32,000 bases of DNA from Clostridia bacterium (lineage in GTDB: Bacteria; Bacillota; Clostridia; Christensenellales; Aristaeellaceae). Positions 17,455-26,357 of the stretch are shown one piece after another. Numbering within the stretch: the stretch's first letter is position 1; the number at the start of each line of letters is the position of its first letter. The notes beneath the pieces were generated by a model, which worked only from the letters and a program-made list of their open reading frames with translations, was not told the DNA's origin and did not search any database. A program made the position numbers and the translations under genes. The stretch is taken from the NCBI GenBank assembly GCA_030526225.1, contig JAUNDF010000012.1:1-32000 (forward strand), written 5' to 3'.

Positions 17455-20253
17455 TTACAAAATCTTTTTCTGCATGGTCAGTACATTTTCGCCATGCTCG
17501 TAGCTGTATTCCAGATTGTCCATGGTCTTTCTTGTAATCAGGATGCCAAGGCCGCCGATGTCACGCTCCTCCACGCTTGCGGTGATGTCCGGGTCCTGAT
17601 GCTCCAGCGGATTGAAGGGCTTGCCGTGGTCGCGGAAGCGGAAGGTCACGGTGCCGGTGGGTTCATCATAGGCGATGCCCACATTGGCGGTGCCGTCCTC
17701 GCCGTTGTAGGCGTAGTGGGCAATGTTGACGAATATCTCCTCAATGGCGATGCTGATGGCCATCTGCAGCTTCATGGGGCAGCCCAGCTGCTCCAGCTCG
17801 CCCTCCAGGAACGCCTGCACATCCCCCAGCGCCCTTGCATCTGCGGGGAAGGTCTTTTCCTTCATGGCCTGTCCTCCCTTCATGTAGTCCAGCATCAGCA
17901 TGGTCATGTCATCGAACTGAGGCGCATCGCCCACAAAGCGGTCGATATCCTCCTTCAGCTGATGAAGCAGGTCATGCGCATTCAGCCCTGCATGGCCGTT
18001 GAGGTAGGTCAGCAGCCGCTCTTCGCCATACAGCTGCTCCTTTGCATCGGTGGCTTCCGTTACGCCGTCAGTGTACAGGAAGATGCGATCGCCGGGGGCA
18101 AGGTTCATTTCGTTCAGGCGGTAGCGGATGCCCTCCATGCCCGCCAGCACAAAGCCGGGGCGGGACTTGAGATAGGTGAAGGTGCCGTTTTGCAGCAGCA
18201 CCGGCGGATTGTGTCCGGCATTGGCGTACTGCAGCTTGCCCGTTGTCAGGTCAAGGATGCCCATCCATGCGGTCACGAACATGGCCGATTCGTTGCTCTC
18301 GCACAGCTTTTCGTTGGCCAGGGTCAGGATTTCGTTCACCGCCAGCCTGCGCTCGGCCAGCTCCTTGATGATGGTCTTGGCGCGCATCATAAACAGCGCT
18401 GCCGGGATGCCCTTGCCGGAAACATCCGCGCAAAGGATGGCCACCCGATCCTCATCCAGCAGATAGAAGTCGTAGAAGTCGCCGCCCACTTCCTTCGCCG
18501 CAATCATTTGCGCATAGATGTCGAAGCGGTCCTGCTGGGGATAGGGCGGGAACTTGGAGGGCAAGGCAGACAGCTGAATCTGCTTGGCGTACTCCAATTC
18601 CTTGTCGATGCGGGCCGCCGTTTCGGCGATGTAGCGCTTCAGGGTGCTGACGGTGGAGTTGATATCATCCGACAGGGAGGAGAATTCCTCGTTGGTGCGG
18701 ACATTGACCTGCACGTTCAGGTTGCCGTCTGTAATTTCGGAAAGGGATGCGTTGATTTTGTGAAGGTTATTGATGATGACCTTCTTGATGAGGAAGTACA
18801 CCAGCAGGAACAGCATGGCAAAAATCAGAATCTCCATCAGGATGGATACATAGATGGATGCATCCCGCATGAAGTCTGCTTCCGCTTCCGGGAGGGTGCC
18901 CACGATGTAGTAGCCCTCGCTGCGCAGATAGGAGAACATGCAGGGTTCCCCGTCCAGCAGGGTGCGGTAAACCTGACCCTCGCGCATGTTGTCGGGCTCG
19001 TCCATCATGTCCATCAGGTTACGGCCCTTGCTGTCCTCAATCAGATTCCAGTCGCTGTCGCAGATGATGATTTTGCCGCTGTTGCCGATGTGGCGGTTCT
19101 TGGCCGCCTGGAACACGTATTCATCCACATCATGCTTGAACTGTGCATAGGAGTAGCCCGCCTGCAGGAAGCCGCCGCCGGGCAGACTGACCGCACCGTA
19201 CTTGCGGGAGGTGGCTCCGTTGTAGGCAATGGGCTGATAGCTTTGGGCGTACTCCTCCGTGCCCTCCAGCATGCACATAAACTCCCGGGACTGCTCGCCG
19301 CTGTCCATGTGATAGCCAACGAAGGTCGGCAGAGTGGACTATACGATGACACCGTTTTTGTCGACGATGTTGATTTCAATCACATCGTTTTTCAGCGCCA
19401 GCCGGGTCAGCTTTTTGCTGTCCCACTGATCGTCCTTCAGGTATTCCGAGCGGATTTTCCGCGCCACCTGCAGCAGATGGCGGTCGGAAGCATCGTTGAC
19501 ATCCTGCCGGACATCGTTCAGGGCAAGGTTGATGACCTTTTGGGTTTCCGTCCAGGCCATGTTGCTCTGCAGGTTGAAGGTAAAGATACTGGTCACCAGA
19601 TAGGCCACCAGAATGCAGACCATCAGCCATGTCTGGAAGGTCTGGGCGATGCCCTTCTGCCGGTCATCGGTCTTTTTCTTTTCCTTGCTGATGAGCGATA
19701 CCAGCAGCAGCGCCAGACCCACGGAAATGGCGTTGCCCGCCATCATGGGCACGCATCCGCCGCGGACATAGGCAAAGGCATTGGCGGCATCGTGGCGGTT
19801 GAGCAGGAAAATCATCAGCATGTGGGCCGCTTCGCTGACCACGGCAATGCCCGCACCATAGCCCCAGCTGGGCTTGCGGTCATCGAACATCAGCTTGCGC
19901 AGCAGCGCGGCCAGACAGCCCACCAGCATGGTGGATACACCGGCGGCAATGCGGGTGTAATCACCCACGCCCCAAATCAGCCGGTACAGGCCGCCCATAA
20001 AGCCGGCGATCAAACCGGCAGGGGCGCCGAAAATCAAACCGGCACACAGCGGCGCGGCATTGCGCAGTGTTACCACCGTTTCCTTGAGGGGTATGCCGTG
20101 GTTGGTGGCAAAAATCGCCACCGCGCCAAACAGCACACCGATGATAACCTGCTTTGCCTTTCCCGGCAATTTTTTGCAGACGGTGTACTTCTCCAGTACA
20201 TAAATCAGAAGAACAAGCAGCGTATTCATCATTGCGGGTAAAATCAGCTCCAT
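17455..20253 (-). CDS. membrane sensor protein: 5TM LytS/YhcK-type receptor domain, extracytoplasmic sensor, HAMP, PP2C (SpoIIE-type) phosphatase and RsbW-like HATPase; interrupted by one in-frame TAG at 19339-19341
   Basis: Track ORFs 19339..20253 and 17455..19308 are in the same frame. The N-terminal part has multi-TM 5TMR-LYT-like helices. The C-terminal part has HAMP, PP2C motifs (..GGDFYDF.., ..DVSGKGIPAALFM.., ..LYTDGVTEA..) and an anti-sigma-kinase-like ATPase tail. There is no RBS or start context after the TAG. The start ATG at 20253 has a GAGGGA RBS. The stop is TAA. Confidence 0.75.
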
Positions 20254-20416
20254 GTCAGTCCCTCATTCTATGGTTTTGCGGGAAGAATTACCTTGTTTAA
20301 TTATACCGCATTTCATGCCTTGCTTCAACTCCTTTTCCTGCCGCTTCATATAAACTTCATCATTCTTCCATAAAATGGATTCGTTTTGAAGATTGATGTT
20401 TCCCGGAGGCGTTTTG

Positions 20417-21202
20417 ATGATCATTTGGCTGATTTATCTGATTGCCGGCATCGGTGCGGGACTTGTCACCGGATTGGCCGGTCTTTCCGCGGCGGTGGTG
20501 ATTACGCCGCTGCTGGTGGGCGTTTGCGGCTGGGACAGCTATGATGCCGTTACCGTGGCCCTGGCCGCCGATGTGCTGGCCAGCATGCTGACGGCCAACA
20601 CCTACCGCAAGAACAAAAACATTGATATCAAGCGCGGCGTTCTGGTAGGTGCTACCGCATTGGTGGGTACGGCCGTGGGCAGCTGGTGCGGGTATCTGTT
20701 CAATCAGGCACAGCCCGGCGGACTGGGACTGATTGCCATGCTGACCACGGTCTTTCTGGGGCTGAAGTTCCTTTTGCGCCCCATGACCGGCGGCGCTTCC
20801 TCTTAGACCTTCGGGGAAGGCAAATCCGCCAACGCTAAAACGATTTTGGCCATGGTGTGCGGTCTTGGCATCGGCTGGGTCTGCGGTTTTACCGGCAGCG
20901 GCGGCGGCGTGCTGATGCTCACCGTGTTCACCCTGCTGCTGGGCTACAACCTGAAGGTGGCCGTTGGCACCAGCACCATGATTATGACCGTGGTGGCGCT
21001 GGTGGGTGCAGTCAGCCATGTGGCCATGGGTGCGGTGATTCATCCCCTGCCCATGCTGGCCATTGTGGCCTGCTGTCTGCTGGCTGCATGGCTCAGCGCC
21101 CGGTTTGCCAACCGGTGTGAAATCACCCGGCTCAACAAGGTCATCGGTGTGGTGCTGATGATTCTCGGCGCGTTTACCATCATCATGAAATACGCAGTGT
21201 AA
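20417..21202 (+). CDS. TSUP (TauE/SafE) family anion exporter-like permease, interrupted by one in-frame TAG at 20804-20806
   Basis: Track ORFs 20393..20806 and 20846..21202 are in the same frame. Together they give the 4+4 TM TSUP architecture of about 261 aa (..GLVTGLAGLSAAVVITPLL.. and ..GFTGSGGGVLMLTVFTLLLGYNLKVAVGTS..). The TAG lies in the central loop. I placed the start at ATG 20417, which has GGAGG upstream. The stop is TAA. Confidence 0.7.
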
Positions 21203-21217
21203 CAGGGAGTGACCGGC

Positions 21218-21583
21218 ATGACGCTGAAGGAACGGGCAAAGCAGCTGAAGACAGACATCCCCGCCGTGTACCTTGCACTGCGGCATCATTCTACCCCCCT
21301 GATGGCGAAAATCCTTGCCGCCGTCACCGTTGCCTATGCCCTGTCCCCCATCGATTTGATTCCCGATTTCATCCCTGTGCTGGGCTATCTGGATGATGTG
21401 CTTCTGCTCCCCGCCATGATTGCCCTGACCATCCGGCTGATTCCGAAGGATGTGTGGACTGCCTGCCGGGAACAGGCTCAGGGCATGTGGGCAGACGGCC
21501 GCCCGAAAAAATGGTACTATGCCATCCCCATCGTGCTGTTCTGGCTCATCATACTGGCAATTATCATCAAAGCAATTGTATAA
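21218..21583 (+). CDS. DUF1232 (YkvA-like) membrane protein
   Basis: The sequence ..AAVTVAYALSPIDLIPDFIPVLGYLDDVLLLP.. is the DUF1232 signature. The ATG at 21218 has GGGAG 8 nt upstream. The stop is TAA. Confidence 0.75.
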   Translation: MTLKERAKQLKTDIPAVYLALRHHSTPLMAKILAAVTVAYALSPIDLIPDFIPVLGYLDDVLLLPAMIALTIRLIPKDVWTACREQAQGMWADGRPKKWYYAIPIVLFWLIILAIIIKAIV

Positions 21584-21597
21584 GAAGAAATATACAG

Positions 21598-21634
21598 CAA
21601 ACGCCGACGGAGGCATCATCTCCGTCGGCGTTTG
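21598..21634. terminator. bidirectional intrinsic terminator
   Basis: There is a perfect 12-bp stem, ACGCCGACGGAGgcatcatCTCCGTCGGCGT, between convergent genes. Confidence 0.75.
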
Positions 21635-21643
21635 CGTATGCAT

Positions 21644-22462
21644 TTATCGGGCCCGCAGCTCCCAAAAGAGCACCGCAGAGGCGGCCGCCACATTCAGGGA
21701 ATCCACCCCATGCTGCATGGGAATCATGATCAGGTGGTCGCATTGGTCCAGGGTTTCTTTTCGGATGCCGGTCCCCTCGGTGCCCAGCACCACCGCCAGC
21801 CTATCCACGGCGCGTAGGGCGGGATCGTCCACAGAAACAGAGCGATTGTTCAGCGCGGCGGCAGCCAGCTGAAAGCCCTGCTCCTTCAAAAGCGGTATGC
21901 CCTTTTCGGGCCAGTCGGCGGCCTTGTCCCCAATGCGGGTCCAGGGCAGCTTGAATACCGTGCCCATGCTGACACGGCAGGCCCGGCGTGACAGCGGATC
22001 ACAGCAGTCCGGTGTCAGCAGCAGCGCATCCATGCCCAGTGCCGCGGCACAGCGGAAGATGGCGCCCACATTGGTCTGGTCCACAATGCCCTCCAGCACA
22101 GCCACGCGGCGCGTACCGGCCAGCACCTGCGATACATCAGGCAGTGGCTTTCTGTGCATGGCGCAAAGGATGCCCCTTGTCAGCTCATAGCCCGTGATGG
22201 CGCTGAGCATCTCCCGTGAGCCGGTGTACACCGGAATATCCCCCACAGCCGCCAGCAGTGCCTGATGGCCCTGCACCTGCCGCTGCTCCATCATCATGGA
22301 AATGGGCTGATACCCTGCCTGAAGCGCGGAGAAAATCACGTTCTCGCTCTCGGCAATAAACACGCCCTTTTCAGGCTGCTGCTTGCTTCGCAGCTGTGCT
22401 TCCGTCAATCGCAGATACGGGTCCAGCTCCGGCATGGACAAATCATTCACCGGGCAAAGCAT
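21644..22462 (-). CDS. TrmH/SpoU family RNA 2'-O-methyltransferase
   Basis: The 272 aa ORF has C-terminal SPOUT motifs (..LEGIVDQTNVGAIFRCAAALG.., ..VLGTEGTGI.., ..IPMQHGVDSLNVAAASAVLFWE). The RBS is AAGGAAG. The stop is TAA. Confidence 0.85.
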   Translation of the reverse strand: MLCPVNDLSMPELDPYLRLTEAQLRSKQQPEKGVFIAESENVIFSALQAGYQPISMMMEQRQVQGHQALLAAVGDIPVYTGSREMLSAITGYELTRGILCAMHRKPLPDVSQVLAGTRRVAVLEGIVDQTNVGAIFRCAAALGMDALLLTPDCCDPLSRRACRVSMGTVFKLPWTRIGDKAADWPEKGIPLLKEQGFQLAAAALNNRSVSVDDPALRAVDRLAVVLGTEGTGIRKETLDQCDHLIMIPMQHGVDSLNVAAASAVLFWELRAR

Positions 22463-22498
22463 GGGGTCACTTCCTTTCGGGCGGCCAATTGTGCCATA

Positions 22499-23125
22499 TT
22501 ATTCACGCAGTTCATCCAGCATGGATTCAGTCAGGGCCACAGCATCCTGCGGATTTTGGCTGCCATCGCGGATGCACAGGTACAGCCGGTCAGGACGGAT
22601 GCCGAAGCGGTTCAGCCCAGCCAGCGGCTGCAGAGGGAAGCCATAGATGTGCTTCTCTCCGTTTTCATTGGCCGCCGTGCCTTTATCCACCACGCAGCCG
22701 GCTGCCGCTGACTTTTCCAGCAGCTCCGGACAAACCACATCCATGGGAACAAAGGCGCCGCTGCCGGCATAGGTGCGGAAGCTGTCGGCGCTGAGGATAT
22801 AAATGTCACCCTCACCGGCAGCCATAAAGGTGGCCAGCTGCATGGGGCCGTAGGCATCGTTCATCAGCAGTACACCGGCGGAAACCTCCTCCACCTGAGG
22901 GAATTTCTCGTCACGCACCTTGCCCATCCAGGCAGTCCATGCCTCCTGATCCATACCGGCGGCATCCACAAACATGTCCAGCTTCTTTTCATCCGGTGCA
23001 CGGTATTCCGTGACGGAGAAGAACAGGTTGAGCGCGAAGAAGCACAGCACCGCCGACAGCACATACATCCACCAGTGATACCGGAAATGCTGCTGCAGGC
23101 GATCGCGGGTGATGGGCGTTTTCAT
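22499..23125 (-). CDS. membrane-anchored hypothetical protein (208 aa)
   Basis: It has an N-terminal TM helix (WWMYVLSAVLCFFALNLFF). I recognised no family. It is co-oriented and tightly spaced with the TrmH-family gene. The stop is TAA. Confidence 0.55.
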   Translation of the reverse strand: MKTPITRDRLQQHFRYHWWMYVLSAVLCFFALNLFFSVTEYRAPDEKKLDMFVDAAGMDQEAWTAWMGKVRDEKFPQVEEVSAGVLLMNDAYGPMQLATFMAAGEGDIYILSADSFRTYAGSGAFVPMDVVCPELLEKSAAAGCVVDKGTAANENGEKHIYGFPLQPLAGLNRFGIRPDRLYLCIRDGSQNPQDAVALTESMLDELRE

Positions 23126-23140
23126 ACTTGTTTCCTTTCA

Positions 23141-23170
23141 AAAAGAAGGGCAGCGGGATGCTGCCCTTCG
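23141..23170 (-). terminator. intrinsic terminator after lysS
   Basis: The reverse strand reads GAAGGGCAGCatcccGCTGCCCTTC followed by TTTTT. Confidence 0.7.
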
Positions 23171-23179
23171 GATGGTTGA

Positions 23180-25093
23180 TTAATACAGCTTTGCACCGGC
23201 GGGGATGTGGTTATCCACCATCAGCAGGTGCAGCTTCTCCTCGCCCTCCTCATTGTGGATAGCGGAGAGCAGCATGCCGCAGGATTCGATGCCCATCATG
23301 GGACGGGGCGGCAGGTTGGTGATGGCAATCAGCGTTTTGCCCACCAGCTCTTCCGGCTCATAGAAGGCATGAATGCCGCTGAGGATGGTCCGGTCGGTGC
23401 CGGTGCCGTCATCAAGGGTGAACTGCAGCAGCTTCTTGCTCTTCTTCACTGCCTCGCAGGCCTTGACCTTTACAGCGCGGAAGTCGGACTTGGAGAAGGT
23501 GTCGAAGTCCACATAATCAGCGAACAGGGGCTCAATTTCCACCTTGCTGAAGTCGATGACCTCTTCCACAGCTTCTTCCTTCTGTTCCTTCTTGCCCTCG
23601 GCCTTCTTCTGGCCGCCGATGGTCTTCATGGTGGGGAACAGCAGCACGTCGCGGATGGCGGCGCTGTCGGTGAGCAGCATCACCAGGCGGTCAATGCCGT
23701 AGCCGATGCCGCCCGTGGGAGGCATGCCGATTTCCAGTGCGTTGAGGAAGTCCTCATCGGTGTGCTGGGCTTCTTCGTCACCGGCGGCGGCGTTGGCATC
23801 CTGCTGGGCAAAGCGCTCACGCTGGTCGATGGGGTCGTTCAGCTCGCTGTAGGCGTTGCACATCTCCCAGGTGTTGCAGAACAGCTCGAAGCGCTCTACC
23901 TTGGTGGGATCGGAGGGCTTCTTCTTGGTCAGGGGGGAGATGGCCAGAGGATGGTCCATAATGAAGGTGGGCTGAATCAGGTTCTTCTCGCAGTATTCCT
24001 CGAAGAACAGGTTGATGATGTCGCCCTTGGTGTGGCGCTCTTCGTACTCAATGTGGTGCTCCTTGGCGATGGCCTTGGCTTCCTCATCGGTGGCCACGGT
24101 GTCGAAGTCGATGCCGGCGTACTTCTTGATGGCATCGTTCATGGTCAGGCGCTCGAAGGGCTTGCCGAAGTCCAGCTCGATGCCGTTGTAGGAAATCTTG
24201 GTGGAGCCTACCACGGTTTCGGCCAGATAACGGAACATGCTCTCGGTCAGCTCCATCATGCCCTCATAATCGGTATAAGCCTGATACAGCTCCATCAGGG
24301 TGAACTCAGGATTGTGGCGGGTATCCACGCCCTCGTTGCGGTACACGCGGCCGATTTCGTACACGCGCTCCAGACCGCCCACAATCAGCCGCTTCAGGTA
24401 CAGCTCCAGGGAGATGCGCAGCTTCACGTCCTCATCCAGGGCGTTGTAGTGGGTTTCAAAGGGGCGGGCAGCAGCACCGCCAGCGTTGCTTACCAGGGTG
24501 GGGGTCTCCACCTCGATGAAGCCGCGGCCATCCAGGAAACGGCGGATTTCCTTGATAATCTGGCTGCGCTTGAGGAAGGTCTCCTTCACCTCGGGGTTCA
24601 TAATCAGGTCCACATAGCGCTGACGATAGCGGGTATCGGTGTCGGTCAGGCCGTGGAACTTCTCGGGCAGGGGCTTGAGGGACTTGGTCAGCAGCACGAT
24701 TTCCTCTGCATGCACGGAAATCTCGCCGGTCTTGGTCTGGAACACAAAGCCCTTCACGCCCCAGATGTCGCCGATGTCGCTCTTCTTGAAATCGGCGTAC
24801 ACATCCTCACCCACATTGTCGCGGGCCACATACACCTGAATCTTGCCCTTCAGGTCCTGCAGGGAGCAGAAGCTGGCCTTGCCCATGACGCGCTTGAACA
24901 TCATGCGGCCGGCGATGGAAACCTTCTGGCCGTCCATGGCCTCGAAGTTGCCGGTGATGTCTGCGCTGTGGTGGGTCACATCGTACTTGGTGATTTCATA
25001 GGGATTCTTGCCTGCATCCACCAGGGCCTGCAGCTTCTGGCGGCGGATTACCTCCTGCTCGCTCAGTTCGGGATTTACGGGATAGTCGGCCAT
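23180..25093 (-). CDS. lysS: lysine--tRNA ligase (class II) with a C-terminal appended OB-fold tRNA-binding domain
   Basis: The LysRS core is present (..[10 protein letters not shown].., ..FIEVETP.., ..[11 protein letters not shown].., ..[17 protein letters not shown]). It is followed by a Lys/Glu-rich linker and a Trbp111/CsaA/EMAP-like domain of about 110 aa (..[31 protein letters not shown]...GMLLSA). I placed the start at ATG 25093, which has an AAGGAGG RBS. The stop is TAA. Confidence 0.9.
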   Translation of the reverse strand: MADYPVNPELSEQEVIRRQKLQALVDAGKNPYEITKYDVTHHSADITGNFEAMDGQKVSIAGRMMFKRVMGKASFCSLQDLKGKIQVYVARDNVGEDVYADFKKSDIGDIWGVKGFVFQTKTGEISVHAEEIVLLTKSLKPLPEKFHGLTDTDTRYRQRYVDLIMNPEVKETFLKRSQIIKEIRRFLDGRGFIEVETPTLVSNAGGAAARPFETHYNALDEDVKLRISLELYLKRLIVGGLERVYEIGRVYRNEGVDTRHNPEFTLMELYQAYTDYEGMMELTESMFRYLAETVVGSTKISYNGIELDFGKPFERLTMNDAIKKYAGIDFDTVATDEEAKAIAKEHHIEYEERHTKGDIINLFFEEYCEKNLIQPTFIMDHPLAISPLTKKKPSDPTKVERFELFCNTWEMCNAYSELNDPIDQRERFAQQDANAAAGDEEAQHTDEDFLNALEIGMPPTGGIGYGIDRLVMLLTDSAAIRDVLLFPTMKTIGGQKKAEGKKEQKEEAVEEVIDFSKVEIEPLFADYVDFDTFSKSDFRAVKVKACEAVKKSKKLLQFTLDDGTGTDRTILSGIHAFYEPEELVGKTLIAITNLPPRPMMGIESCGMLLSAIHNEEGEEKLHLLMVDNHIPAGAKLY

Positions 25094-25187
25094 GGATGGT
25101 CGTCCTCCTTGCTGAATTTCATTAAACTGTATGCATTGCGCAAACTGTTCCGGGGGCAAGCGCTTGGCCTGTCCCCGGCTTTGGTGA

Positions 25188-25673
25188 TTAATCTGCCTTC
25201 TTCTGGGTGGGCTTGATGCTGAGGATGGTCATCTTCATGGTGCCGGCGGGGATTTCAACCTCTACGGTTTCACCCTTCTTGCGGCCCACCAGAGCAGCAC
25301 CGATGGCGGATTCATAGGAGATGCGGCCATTCTCAGGATCGGTCTGTTCGGTACCCACGATGGCATATTCGCACTCGCCCAGCATGTCGCTGGTGAACTT
25401 TACGGTCGTACCGACGGAAACCTTGTCGGTGGAAACCTCTTCAACAACGGCGCTGCGAAGAAGAGCCTGCAGACGGGAGATTTCCTCTTCCAGCTTGCCC
25501 TGTTCCTTCTTGGCCTCGTCATATTCGGCGTTTTCGGACAAGTCGCCGAAGCCGCGGGCAACCTCAATCTGCTTGGCAACCTCATTGCGGCGCACGCTGG
25601 TCAGGTAATCATATTGTTCCTGAAGTTCCTTCAGGCCTTCTGCTGTCATGATGTTCTGCTTCATATCTGCCAT
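25188..25673 (-). CDS. greA: transcription elongation factor GreA
   Basis: The sequence is ..[16 protein letters not shown]...[17 protein letters not shown]...[21 protein letters not shown] placed the start at ATG 25673, which has an AAAGGAG RBS. The stop is TAA. Confidence 0.9.
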   Translation of the reverse strand: MADMKQNIMTAEGLKELQEQYDYLTSVRRNEVAKQIEVARGFGDLSENAEYDEAKKEQGKLEEEISRLQALLRSAVVEEVSTDKVSVGTTVKFTSDMLGECEYAIVGTEQTDPENGRISYESAIGAALVGRKKGETVEVEIPAGTMKMTILSIKPTQKKAD

Positions 25674-25758
25674 TGTTCTTTCTCCTTTCAGCGCAGGAAA
25701 ACCCTGCTGCCATCTGCGGGCAGACGGCAATAAGCCCGGCTTTGCCGAACCTTTCGAT

Positions 25759-25787
25759 ATTATACCTGTTTTCCCCTGCTATGTCAA
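25759..25787 (-). promoter_or_regulatory. promoter for greA-lysS (TTGACA-N17-TATAAT)
   Basis: The reverse strand has perfect consensus hexamers with 17-nt spacing, about 85 nt upstream of the greA ATG. Confidence 0.6.
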
Positions 25788-25882
25788 TGAAAACAAGGGC
25801 TTTGACAGGCCTGCAGGCGCGTTGTTTTTCAGTGCCGATTTGCAGCCGTGGGCCGCATGCTTCTTCAATGAAAAATGCGCCT

Positions 25883-26320
25883 TTATGCACAACATGTGAA
25901 TTTGCGAAATCTCTCAGGCTTTTTGCTGTGTTCCCATTTCTCTTCCGCGCATGAAGGGTGCATACAACTGTTACTTTCAACAGGGAAAATCTGTTCCCCA
26001 CCGTTTTTCATAAGTTTTCCACAGAACGCGGTTTGTTTTATCAACACTTTCCACAGGGTTTTCAACATTTTTCCACACTTTTCCGCCTCAAAACGCGGTT
26101 TTCTCCGTTAGTTTTCCACATTTTCAGTGGATTTCAACACCCAAACTAACAATGTGACAAAGTTGTTAATAAAGTATGTCATAATTTCGTAACAAACTAA
26201 AGTCTATTGTGTCAAATGTGTTACATGTCATTTTGTGTCCCGAAATGGCCATCCGGTTTTCCACACGGTTGACAATTGGCCCATCCCATGCGATACTGCA
26301 AGGGAGCAAAGTTATTCACA
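25883..26320 (+). promoter_or_regulatory. cluster of about 10 same-orientation DnaA-box-like 9-mers flanking an AT-rich tract
   Basis: Four copies of TTTTCCACA start at 26015, 26069, 26112 and 26257. Two matches to TTATNCACA start at 25883 (TTATGCACA) and 26312 (TTATTCACA). Near-boxes are CTTTCCACA (26047), TTATCAACA (26038), TTTTCAACA (26059) and ATTTCAACA (26131). An AT-rich segment lies at about 26141-26245. Confidence 0.6.
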
Positions 26321-26357
26321 ATGTGCATAATATTCATCAAAGCAAGGAGCAGTTGTC

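Noticed and set aside
17494-20241. 915-aa + strand ORF, the longest in the track
   Set aside because: It is exactly antisense to the sensor phosphatase gene, and I recognised no domain signature. Its uninterrupted length is itself consistent with a single continuous gene on the opposite strand. I applied the same reasoning to 3900..5264, 7009..8955, 11940..13208, 15205..17031, 20360..21643, 23207..25216, 26337..27563, 27503..29086 and 30516..31889.
7033-21202. The possibility that the three split genes are frameshifted or are naturally two-gene arrangements
   Set aside because: I checked the coordinates. In each case the distance between the stop and the next ORF piece is a multiple of 3, so the frame is the same. 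Only one codon interrupts each gene. The downstream pieces have no Shine-Dalgarno sequence or start context. The simple pseudogene explanation is not excluded and is kept as an alternative in the finding.
25100-25187. GC-rich hairpin (CCGGGG..CCCCGG) between greA and lysS as a terminator
   Set aside because: There is no U-tract after the stem on the coding strand. greA and lysS are more likely co-transcribed, so at most this is a weak attenuator.
25883-26320. Calling the DnaA-box cluster the chromosomal origin (oriC) outright
   Set aside because: dnaA and dnaN are not in the window, and gene orientation around the site is only partly divergent. I cannot compute GC skew reliably by eye. It is reported as a DnaA-box cluster with oriC as one hypothesis.
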